DNA from: Paraphysomonas bandaiensis
Taxonomy: Eukaryota > Protista > Chrysophyceae
Direction of reading: 5' to 3'
Assembly: GCA_965644295.1 (NCBI GenBank)
Contig: CBFFRP010000091.1
Span: 104,345 to 168,344 of the forward strand
DNA length: 64,000 bases
The first letter of the stretch is position 1, and every line of letters begins with the position of its first letter. A program made the translations under genes and the position numbers. The notes under the pieces were generated by a model. It was not told the origin of the DNA. It made no database searches and saw only the letters and a list, made by a program, of their open reading frames with translations. Of this stretch, positions 1-15,096 are shown piece after piece.

Positions 1-782
1 CTCAACAAAGTCGGACTCAACAGATATTGTTCTGCCCACTCATAGCCGAATGATTGTGTGGTACAAGGGGCACAAATAAGTGTCGCTTGTATAGACGTCT
101 TTGGGCTTGACGAATAAACAGGCATCCGGAAAAAAGCCTACCTCAAGCGTATCCGGGACAGGGCCCACCTGAAGGGTAACCGGAGTATTGGGCTGCCTGC
201 TGTGAGCGCAGTCAAGCATCCGGGATGTTCACCTTAAGGACTCAAAAACCTGAAATTAGCAGACGTCAGGTATATCAACATTCTGCTTGCTCACGGCGTT
301 TGCTTTGAGCGATAGAGTGGAGGTGGTTGCACCTTGGTGCTTGCGGAGACGCACAAGCAGCTTTCGTAGCGTTAAATAATAGGACAATATATTAGGATTC
401 AGCTTAATACATGATTGTATCTGTGAGTTATAATGGTCAATGAAATATATCATGAACTGAATTAGAGAGAGTATCTGTCGAAGATACATGATCGTCATCA
501 TAATGTCGTCATTATAAGTTAGACTTCTAACTATTCCGTTGTGCATGATAGTTATGTTCTATATTGTTATTTATAATTTTCACTCTATCGTGTTCTTTAC
601 TTACACTCTAATAATCACAACATTGTTTTACTATTATAAAGATCAATTCTTTATTCAATAGAGTTTGTACTAGTTAGTTACAGGTTGTCGTCTATCTAGC
701 TTGACCAGTTTTCTTCTAGCTACTAGGCTGTAAGCTGGTGCTGATTCTTAACGCCTATTGCCAAGAATAAAACCTGCAATAT
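1..782 (+). mobile_element. Structured repeat family 1 (putative non-autonomous retroelement), copy A, with internal deletion and ~270-bp insertion
   Basis: Collinear with copies at 36044-36534 (+), 18554-19110 (-) and 54648-55198 (-). Shares the ctcaacaaagtcggactc start, the gcaccttggtgcttgcggagacgcacaagcagctttcgtagcgttaaata core and the aacgcctattgc tail. Confidence 0.85.
390..655. mobile_element. AT-rich insertion inside family-1 copy A, possibly a solo LTR
   Basis: Absent from the other copies. Flanked by caata at 385-389 and 656-660. Confidence 0.5.
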
Positions 783-1295
783 AGCTAGGTTAATTTTAAA
801 TTATATGAAAATTTGCTTGCTTCGGTTCTGAAACGACGCGAATATTTTGTATTTTTTTTAGTGAAATGGTATCTCACTCTACGCTATGTAGCAGTCAACT
901 TTAATTTTGCCATGTAGTTAGTTTACTGAACCACATATATCGCAAGTTTGTACCTATATTTTATCATCTACTAGCTTATAATTACTCTTTCATACATACC
1001 GTGTGATATTCTACAGTTGTTGAATAAAATATAATATGAATGCATGTTGGCTAAACTCAACATCTAGTATTTGATAAAACGTAAATAACCTACGTATTTG
1101 GTGGCACAAAAAAGTAAACAGTGTGAGTGGTAATGTTGACTAAATAATCGTGATGCGTTTCCTCAGCATTGTTAGAATAATCGGCATCTCATTTTATGAC
1201 ACCGTCAATGTAGACCTGGCCATATCATATCTAAAAGACAGGTATGACTACCTTATAGACCGCATTCACTTATTTATTATCTATAGTTGAATGCC

Positions 1296-5905
<4,610 letters not shown>

Positions 5906-6350
5906 GTTTCGTTTATATTAAAATTAGATCATGGCAGTATATGTATATCGACTGGTGACTATAGACGTATAGGCGACGTAATCTATGGGTTCCTATGCAG
6001 CTTAATGGATGGCTTGGCTTGCCTTCACTTCATATATATGCTACTGTATACTGTACAAATGAATATGTAGCACTTCTTTTCATCAGATACACAATTGGAA
6101 CCAATAGATCATGAGTTCATTGATGTTATTGGTTAGTTCTTCTAATTTTATGTGCTGGTTTTTCATAGTGAACTGAAAATTGGGGATATCTGTGGGACCG
6201 GTGTGTAGAACTGTGGTTTCCTGCTACCTATGCGTCATTTTCAGTCATTAATCTCATTCTCCTTGAGAACAGATACAGCAGCAGATATATCGAGGAGAGA
6301 GATACAAGCCCATCTCACCCGTCTAGCCACTCTAATATATCGAGGATTAC

Positions 6351-7645
6351 ATGTCAGATATCTTGCTCTACTGCAGCAGTGCAGCTGTGGTCCTGATTAT
6401 ACCTGTAGTTTATTATGTATTCTGTTATCGCAGTGAGCGAGATGTTCGCCCCTTATCTATGCGCGGCAGTAGATGGTATGGCTCTCGATTTTTCGTTTTA
6501 TGTAATCCTATAAGTGGTAAGAGGGAGGGGAAGCGTATAGTAGAGACTGTAGTTCAACCTTGGAGTAAAGCAAACAACATCACCTTAGATGTTGTGTACA
6601 CCGAAAAGCAACTCCATGCCCACGAAATAGCTGCGAAATCGAATCTTGCTTTATATGAAGGCATACTGATAGTATCCGGAGATGGTTTGGTTCATGAGTT
6701 TATGAATGGATTGGCCTCTGGGTATTCACGTACGTCAGAATATTTAAAGCGTTTAAAGATGATTCCTCCAATCGGAATTATTCCATCAGGTTTACAGCGA
6801 CTATTTAGTGCATAGTCCTCCTCCTTATTGTGTTGAATTTTATTCCCCAGGTACATGTAGGGGAATAGCCATGAGCCTACATTCCGCTGATCCTCAAGTC
6901 GCCATGGAGAAAATTATGCGTGGCTCGCCCAAAGGTGTTGATATGTACCACGTAACCAGTGTGGATACCAGAGAATCTAATATTGATATATGGGACGTAC
7001 ACTACTTTTCATGGGCAATATTTGCTGATGCAAGCTTTATGATTGAGAAGAAAATACGATGGATACCAAGAATGTTGCGTGAGACAGTGGCTGCTATATG
7101 CGTCATCGGTCGCCGCCAGGTATATTACTGCGCGTTATGTGCATACATGATAAATTAATGCTACATATATGTTGTGATTTTTTTGATATTCGTAGGTGTA
7201 TAGAGGCACTCTATATATGGATCCAGTACCTATGACCAGCTGTCAGAGGAAGCGTCGAATGTATGATGACTCCAATGCGCTAACCACGGTTAAAACAGGG
7301 CCATATAAAGGCCAGAAAGTTATATCTGGCTCATTCGTTATGTTTACTGCTGGGAGTATGCCGTATGCTACATACGACATGAAATTACTTCCGTCCTCAT
7401 TACCCAACGACGGAAGTATTGATGTTATTCTCATGCGCGGAACTGCTACTCGTTTGCAGCTCCTTTCTGTTTTTCTTAGTCTCGGTGATGGGTCTCATGT
7501 TTTATCTGAGTCAGTGGAGGTATACAAAGTAAAGTCATTTACGTTACTCCCTGAGTCAGGGAATTTGGATGTGTCGGGAGAATTGTACCCTTGCGCGAAA
7601 GTTCATGTCTGTGCGCATAAAGACTGTGCTAAGTTTATATACTGA
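6351..7645 (+). CDS. Sphingosine kinase / DAG-kinase-family lipid kinase with N-terminal hydrophobic anchor, 3 exons
   Basis: NPISGKR, SGDGLVHEFMNGL, IIPSG|T and DVSGE motifs. Introns at about 6790-6850 and 7120-7195. Confidence 0.9.
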
Positions 7646-8892
7646 AGAGTCCTATAGTAGTAGCGGATACGTGGTACGTGTTCATGTCCTTTGAATTTTG
7701 TTGTTTTTAGTTATTACATTTTGGTGTATTGAACATCAAAAAACTCCATAAACCAACCGGGTTCAGGGAGCAGTAGATTTCAATAGCAGTGCTAGTCTGT
7801 GTTGTGCCAGAACTATAGCATAATCAGTAATGCAATATATTCGCAGTAGAACTTCAGATATGTACTTAATTACCAGTGACTACAGAACTACAGAATTCAT
7901 CCTGACTCGACCAATATGATATAATGTCGCTTCGATATTAAACAGAAAATTTCACCACGCCGCTGCATGCTACATAACCTGGTTAATGCGGATTTAAAAG
8001 AGACCATCAAAATAACAACGACTCTGAAATAACACCTTCGCTACTCATAGGCTTATAGTAATCTTTCCTAAGTGTATTGTATTGAGAGTTCATCTGGGTT
8101 ATATAGATTTTTAATCTTTTTTTACTCTTCACTTATTGAGACGCTGAGCATATTTTATCATCTATTTTATATAAAAGACAGCTGATACACTGATACTGTC
8201 TTCGTCAGCAATATATTTTACTCTAAATATTACTTTTCCACTCCTCGCTGTTTGAATATTACGGGAAACATTGGCTCATATTTTTACACAAAACGTCCAA
8301 CAGTAAACTACCAAATCTGTTTTGTATAACTCTTTACATTTTTGTTGTAAAAAACTGCTACGATCTATATATTCTTAGAGTTGACTGCTATAATCTCTAT
8401 ATATATTGGGCTCAACATAACGCTTATATTAGCATCAGGCAAATATAGACATTCAACTTCAATTTTCGGTTCATCAGAAGCTCTCTCCTGTCGTGACTGG
8501 TGACTCTTTTTCTCATATTATTAAGTACATTTTATCTGTTTTAATTGTCCTGAATATTACCCTAAACCCTCTACCCTAATCTTATAATATTATAATATAT
8601 ATAAAAGATTTATTGAAAAGTTATTTAAAAATTATAATATAGTATAGATTTTATGGATATGATTTTATGGACCAATTATCCTCCCATATATCTCTTTGAT
8701 TGTTGTAGTTATGGTTTCAACATATCTTTATATGTATTTCTAAGACTATTCTCTGATCTGTGTTGACTTAGTCAATAATAAGAGTTAATATTCAATTGAC
8801 GACGTCATTGTTTTTGTATAAATTTATTGTTACGTGTTAAAATGTGTTGTTGTCATCAGCATATACGCATATGGCAAGTGCCATGAACGTAT

Positions 8893-9070
8893 ATTTTGCA
8901 CCCTACAGTTGAGATTTTTTTATATGACTATATTATAATATTGATTGCAGTAATTGCAGTAGTATTGTGAGATATTTTAACAGAAACAATATTGATGGAA
9001 TATTTGGCCGGTCCACCAATCAATATATTTTACAATATATTGCAATGCAATATTATGTTTCCTAGCCCTG
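8893..9070 (-). mobile_element. hAT family fragment (one end only)
   Basis: Matches about 43001-43175 of the complete copy and ends in the TIR ...cctagccctg. Confidence 0.85.
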
Positions 9071-9161
9071 GCATATACCACATGTAATCCTGTGTGCCTA
9101 TATGTGCTATATTACCTAGTACCCATATATACCAATGACCAATGTACTACATTGGTGCAGA

Positions 9162-9199
9162 TTTTTAACGCTTACTGCTAAATAATAAGACTTTCAATA
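9162..9199 (+). mobile_element. Family-1 3'-terminal fragment (~40 nt)
   Basis: ttttaacgcttactgctaaataataagactttcaata matches the tails at about 36499-36534 and 54648-54681 (reverse complement). Confidence 0.6.
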
Positions 9200-9504
9200 T
9201 ATGCCATTGTGTCCAACTAATGTAACTCATGGCTTTTTAATGTGCTGTTACCTAGTCCTGAACCATATTCATCCTGAAACATAGGTAACTCTTACGGGAG
9301 AACTAAACTTTTGTACGGTCCGCCGTTCGCAAGTAAAATCAGTATATTGTTCAAAGGTCAAAGCAATGTAGGAGTGGAAGGTTGATTTGTATCATTATTA
9401 TATATTAAAACAAATCCACGTGCAAAGATACTATCAGTACCTGAAAGCTCGTAAACGCAATGGAAGCTATTGCGAAGCAAATATTGCGTAACACACCCTA
9501 CTAA

Positions 9505-10140
9505 CTACTCCCAATTTTTGGTGATGTTGATATCATATTCGTACTCCAAGTGCTTGACTCCATCAGAATCGATAAACTGGTTACGCGCCCGATACTTTCC
9601 TCGAAACATCATTCCCTTTGGTGCCTCCTGATAGTAGTTGCGGGGGAATTCAAATACGTGGGGGACGCTGGCTGGAGGGTAACTGCCAATCATGATGTCA
9701 TCTGATTCACTGAAAATAGCTTTGCTGAGTTTCTGGCAGTACTTCAGGCCGGCCACAATTTCATGCTGCACACGGAAAGATATGATGAATTTATATTTAG
9801 CACCTTCCTTGACGGACACCCCAAGTGTTCTCAGTCTAGCAAGACCTTCCTCGGAGTCCAAGTTGTAGACAATATCTTCTCGGCCCTCGCTCTCTTCAAA
9901 CTTCACGCGAAACTCTGTGACAATAATCCGCCTAGGATCATTAGGATCTCCCAAGTCTCCCTGTGCTGCAGCACCAAGGAGACTCTCCTTATATTTTCTC
10001 AGGCTCTCATCCTCAGCGTCAGCAGCTAAAATATCAGCAACATTCTTGGAGGCAGATTCAGACGCCTTGTACTCGGCACTGGACTCGGCCGTGGCCTCAG
10101 CGGCAGCTGTATCGGGGTTGGATGCGTCAAACTCAGACAT
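9505..10140 (-). CDS. Rho GDP-dissociation inhibitor, single exon
   Basis: DAEDESLRKYKESLLG, KEGAKY, IGSYPP and EAPKGMMFRGKY motifs. Confidence 0.95.
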   Translation of the reverse strand: MSEFDASNPDTAAAEATAESSAEYKASESASKNVADILAADAEDESLRKYKESLLGAAAQGDLGDPNDPRRIIVTEFRVKFEESEGREDIVYNLDSEEGLARLRTLGVSVKEGAKYKFIISFRVQHEIVAGLKYCQKLSKAIFSESDDIMIGSYPPASVPHVFEFPRNYYQEAPKGMMFRGKYRARNQFIDSDGVKHLEYEYDINITKNWE

Positions 10141-10786
10141 ATTTCTGTACTGTACCAGTCGTAATATGAAAATCAGATGAAGTCAGTGCTGTATAATTAT
10201 CAAGAGTGTGGATCCTCACAACACTCTACATACATACGTATACCATATCTATAGTTGATATATACATATGTATATACTGCTGTACGTGCTCTGCACCTGT
10301 ACATGCAGCATACAGCGGTATATACTGTACATGTATACCGGTATATCCCAAAAGCACTTCAATAGTCATAAAAATCCTATATTTTTTGTTATAAAAGTAC
10401 GATACACCTATAAAATACCAACAATATTTTGAATTCGGAAGCAGACTAGATACTGCTGTATGCAGTTTTCTTCCTCCACAGCTGGCCACTGTAGCTGTAC
10501 ACATACACCGGTACAGCAGTATTGTATGTACATGTACTCCTCTGTATGTATGTATGTATGTGTGTGTGTTGAATGGTTAAGTGATAAGAGTATTCGTGAT
10601 GTGCTGAGTTTCATTCAAACAATAGAACTGTAAAAACACTCAGTCCTGGTAGTTTGTTTTATAGGACTATTGTCTTAACTATTGTGTATATATTAACCAA
10701 CTGAACGAAAGCCTATAGGCGAGTCTATGAAGTGCTGGTTCTTGTGTTAGTATAATTTAATTCTAATTCACTATCCACAAACAATC

Positions 10787-12253
10787 ATGCAAGAACAACA
10801 ACAGACATCTGTAAACGACTTGGATGCATGGATCGAGAAGTTGTATAGCTGTAAGTCACTGACTGAGAATGAAGTGAAGCTATTATGCGAGAAAGTAAGC
10901 GTCTGTGTTGCGATGCGAATGCTTATCTCAGTGATTGTTTTCAGGCACGTGAAGTGTTTATGGAAGAGTCAAATGTACAGCCAGTTCGATGCCCGGTTAC
11001 AATATGCGGTGATGTGCATGGACAACTCCACGACCTCATTGAATTATTTCGTATTGGTGGTCAAGCGCCTGATACGAATTATTTATTCATGGGGGATTAT
11101 GTTGATAGAGGCTATTACTCGGTATGCACTTAGTGGTGTGCTTCTTGTACAGTTTTAATGAGTATTTTATAGGTGGAGACTGTGAGTTTATTAGTGTGCT
11201 TGAAGGTTAGATTCCCAGAGCGCGTATTTATTCTTCGCGGCAATCACGAAAGTCGACAAATTACCCAAGTGTATGTGCATTAGAAGTATGCGTCTGCTAG
11301 ACAAAATGACTGATTGTGGTGTTGTAGATACGGATTTTTTGACGAATGTGTACGTAAATACGGCAGCGGAAACGTATGGAAGATGTATACTGACTTATTT
11401 GATTATCTCCCGTTGACTGCGGTAGTCGAGGATCAAATATTCTGTTTACACGGAGGCCTTTCGCCTTCTATTGATACACTTGACCACATCCGCCAACTGG
11501 ACAGAGTGCAGGAGGTACAAAAACAAAACCATCGAGTGTTGTTGTTTTGTGTACTCTAAATATATTACTTATTATTGGAGTAGATGATGTAGCCATTTGA
11601 ATTTGATTACGAAACGAATAATTATTGCTCGCTCTGTCTTATGGTCATGTAGGTACCCCATGAGGGCCCTATGTGCGACCTGCTGTGGTCAGATCCAGAT
11701 GATAGAAAGGGGTGGGGTATTTCGCCGAGGTACTGTAACATTACTCTCAATATTTCTGTACGTGGGATCCATTACGTTTTTATAATATGTAATGGATATT
11801 TTCTTTGACATCAATCTACGTAACATATTTTGATGGGTATGTTTAGAGGTGCTGGGTATACATTCGGGAGCGATATCTCTGAGATTTTCAACCACAAGAA
11901 TGGCCTTACCCTCGTTTCTAGGGCTCACCAGCTGGTCATGGATGTAAGTGTTGTGTACCCTATTTGCTAATGATGTGAGTGAATTGTTAATGATTTTGAC
12001 AGGGATATAACTGGTCGCATGTGATGAATGTGGTAACAATATTCAGCGCACCTAACTACTGCTACCGGTGCGGGAATCAGGCCGCCATCATGGAGGTCGA
12101 CGAATACTTGAACAAGACATTGTAAGTGTTCCATATGTTGCTCTTTGTGGTGGCCCTTTTGCTTAATTTCTTATATCCAGCCTCCAGTTCGATCCTGCCC
12201 CACGCCGCGGCGAGCCAATGGTCACTCGCAGAACACCAGACTACTTTCTGTAG
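10787..12253 (+). CDS. PPP2C: Ser/Thr protein phosphatase 2A catalytic subunit, 8 exons
   Basis: [34 protein letters not shown] and C-terminal TPDYFL-stop (tag at 12251-12253). Confidence 0.97.
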
Positions 12254-12832
12254 CTTGCGACAGCTGCTGTCAAGTCAGGCAGGTGGTCGATGTACTTTGA
12301 AGTTGGTTTGCTGTTTGGCTGTATGAGATTCATACAATGTAACTAGTATTGAAAAGTGAATTTAGTAGCCGACGCTCTGTTCAGCATTATTAATTAAATC
12401 TCGATATCTAACTTTCGAATGTAAGAGAGTTTGGACATATATGAGATACCAGCTCAATCTGACATAGCTCATCAAGTCCGTACAGCTTGTCCACAATCCT
12501 GATCTGTTCTTCATGGACTGCATACTGTATCGATAGTAGGATAATACCCTCTAGCAAGTTTCTCTTAACTCTACCATTAAGATAGGTTCGAGCTCTATCT
12601 TGCAGCTCCTGCTGAGGTTCCTCATCCATGTTGGTTTTTGACATTTTACTTGTTTATTAAAGTAAAGGAAAGTAATGTCGTTAGACTAGATAGTTTATTA
12701 TTTCATAGGAAATTATGCATTGTCATGTAAACACCTCAACTTTTTAATTTTATACTTTTTCCATGTTAGTCTCTAATCGAATTCCGTATCATGAATCGTC
12801 ATGATACTTCAGTTTTCCCTGTATTTTGTACT

Positions 12833-12931
12833 TAGTTATATTTAACCATGGGCAATAAGGAGGCTATATCGTCCCGCGCTCAAAATTTAGACAAGGGAAG
12901 ATAGTCCTTCTCCCTAGGTTAAATTGTAGCT
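12833..12931 (+). mobile_element. Tiny (~80-100 bp) palindromic MITE-like element, family 3
   Basis: Ends agttatatttaacc ... ggttaaattgtagct. The core taaggaggctatatcgtcccgcgctca recurs inverted at 55376-55454. Confidence 0.65.
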
Positions 12932-12987
12932 TATTGTCATGATGTTGAAAGAGTAATATTAGATTGTATATAGCTAATAGCTATTAA

Positions 12988-13635
12988 CAGGGATAGGGAA
13001 CAATGTAATGTATTGCAATACATTGTACTATATATTGTAAAATATATTGATTGGTGGGCTGATCAAATATTCCATCAATATTATGATTGTCATATACAGA
13101 AAGCTTCTTAACTGTAGGGTAAAATATAAGCCGATGTATATAAATCTCCGTTCAGACAGTGATTATTGCAACAATACAGAGGATGACGAAGCTGAAGTTG
13201 GCTATATGCGGAAAAATTCTTCAATCAGCTTAAAAATTTAAGAAACGGAAAGTTGAAATATCTAAGTACAGGTGCACGAGTCATGTAGAATGTACTACCA
13301 ATACATGTAAACGCCTGTTCAGCGCAGCAAAACTGATTATATCAGTGTTGCGCAAACGTATGCATCCTACCACACTTAATATGCTGTTGCTTGCTGAAAG
13401 CTAACCGACAGTCGTGGCCGGATGCAAGCATATTTCAATTAATATTGGATGACTATGGTGATGATGATGTCACCGATGATGGCTCAGAGGATGAGTATGA
13501 GGAAATTTTTAATTAGTAAAGAGTAGAGGGTTTAATGACCTTAGACCTTATAATGACAAGTACTAAAAACTACGGATGTATTTACTTACTGATTAGTCAT
13601 ACTAATATATTGCAATATATTTTTCCCTATCCCTG
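12988..13635 (+). mobile_element. Non-autonomous hAT element
   Basis: TIRs cagggatagggaa / ttccctatccctg. 8-bp TSD gctattaa / gctattag. Residual hAT dimerisation motif CTTNTCKRLFSAAKLII at about 13292-13342. Confidence 0.92.
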
Positions 13636-13900
13636 GCTATTAGTAGCTTGCTTGCTGTAATAAGAAATAGGTGTTTCCTGATTAGCATTAAGAAAACAAA
13701 AATGAGAATACGTATTGTTTCGAATGAATGGTATGTATACTGGCTGCGTATGCATTGGGAAATTTGCATGTGGGAAACTCAAACAATAAACCCCCAAATT
13801 TCTATATATAATAGCGACAACAATTGCACTCTTACCACAGAAGGATACTGAGGAAATAGCAACTGTCAGGATACTTTTCAAGCCCTAATTCTATGCACTA
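13636..13900 (+). pseudogene. Decayed RTE-like LINE fragment (post-RT region), apparently split by the hAT element
   Basis: Frameshifted peptides ISIKKTKMRI, VCILAAY and QQLHSYHRRILRK resemble the RTE consensus TKxRIY..V..LLY..L..FH.R.LR.I. Confidence 0.4.
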
Positions 13901-14120
13901 TGTCATAATTCTTGGTCATAACTTATTATAAAGTGCTTGTGAGGTAAATATGGAACACTACAACGATTCCATAATCATAGATTTTAGAATAGCACACAAA
14001 GGAATGAGCACTTTCCCTTACAAAAAATACCATGATTGTTAGTAACAACAGTACTGGATATCGTAATATATATAAATATGATACAGTCCACACTATTTGA
14101 CACACATTCAGTGCGATATC

Positions 14121-14630
14121 CTAACGCACCAACACAACAGCTAGAGCAAACGAAAATGCTATTATATAGCTGACAGGCCCAACTAATCTACTTCCTGAAT
14201 TGCATCCACAACGCTCGACTGCAATCTTCACGTGCCACAGTACATCATCCCAGCACCCTTCCAGCTCTTTAGCTGTTACATATGTGAAATACGATTGTGT
14301 GTCAATAGCAAGCACTTACGAGGGTCGAAAAAATAACCATCAGGAAGACACACGCCATCGCATGCATAATACATTTTATCTATTTTATTCTGGCAGCCAT
14401 CAGGGCAGACACCGTACGTGGGATCACAAGACATACACGAGTTGACTGTAGTTCCATCCCCTCTATTCGCGATTTTCCTGGTAGCTGTTGAAACAAAATA
14501 AAAACGAAGCACGGAGACACGGACTACACTAAAACTACACACCTCGTACACACTCGTGGGTATTGGCTTTTTGTTGCGCTAGCGCTGATATAATCAGACA
14601 TGAATATATCCACAGTCGTAGAGACGACAT
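14121..14630 (-). CDS. Small Cys-rich secreted, probably GPI-anchored protein (~135 aa, 3 exons)
   Basis: Signal peptide MSSLRLWIYSCLIISALA (ATG at 14630), 10 Cys in the mature region, and a CNSG followed by a hydrophobic C-terminal tail. Two GT-AG introns join the ORF pieces. Confidence 0.75.
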
Positions 14631-15096
14631 TATACGGGGCCCTCTTGATCAAACGCTAGCGGTAACGAGTATGTTTTTCTTTCAGTATCTCCTTTCGAAG
14701 TACTGCTGTTGGCACTCACTTATGTTGTCGGTATAGTGTATGGAAGCAGTCTAGTATGCTGCTTCCGTTTATACATAGCGGTGTGTATGCTGGTACAGCA
14801 CTCAACAGAACTACTCGACAGTCCCCTATACAAATTAACGTAACGCACTCTCCACTGTAGTCGGAATACCAGAATACACCCACAGAATACTACGAACTAC
14901 TGTCCAGAATTAATTTTTGTCAACTTTTTTTTTGTAAAATTGTCCCTACATTGTCTTGTACCTGTAGGTGTACCTGCACACCACACTACGAGTAGGACAG
15001 TACGACAATGTGAAGTCCACTGACAGGCTGGTGTGTTAAGTTCTTGGCCCAACATCATCTCACTGAACCGCTTCACATCACCACACAGTGAGCAAT

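Noticed and set aside
8555-8585. ccctaaaccct telomere-like words (also taggggttag at about 54634)
   Set aside because: Only one or two degenerate units, not an array.
11515-11846. Longer PP2A introns (and the helicase and EF-hand introns) as snoRNA hosts
   Set aside because: They have no correctly ordered C and D boxes and no convincing H/ACA layout.
12408-12644. 78-aa minus-strand ORF downstream of PP2A
   Set aside because: No recognisable motif, splice partner or promoter-like context. It may be a decayed fragment.
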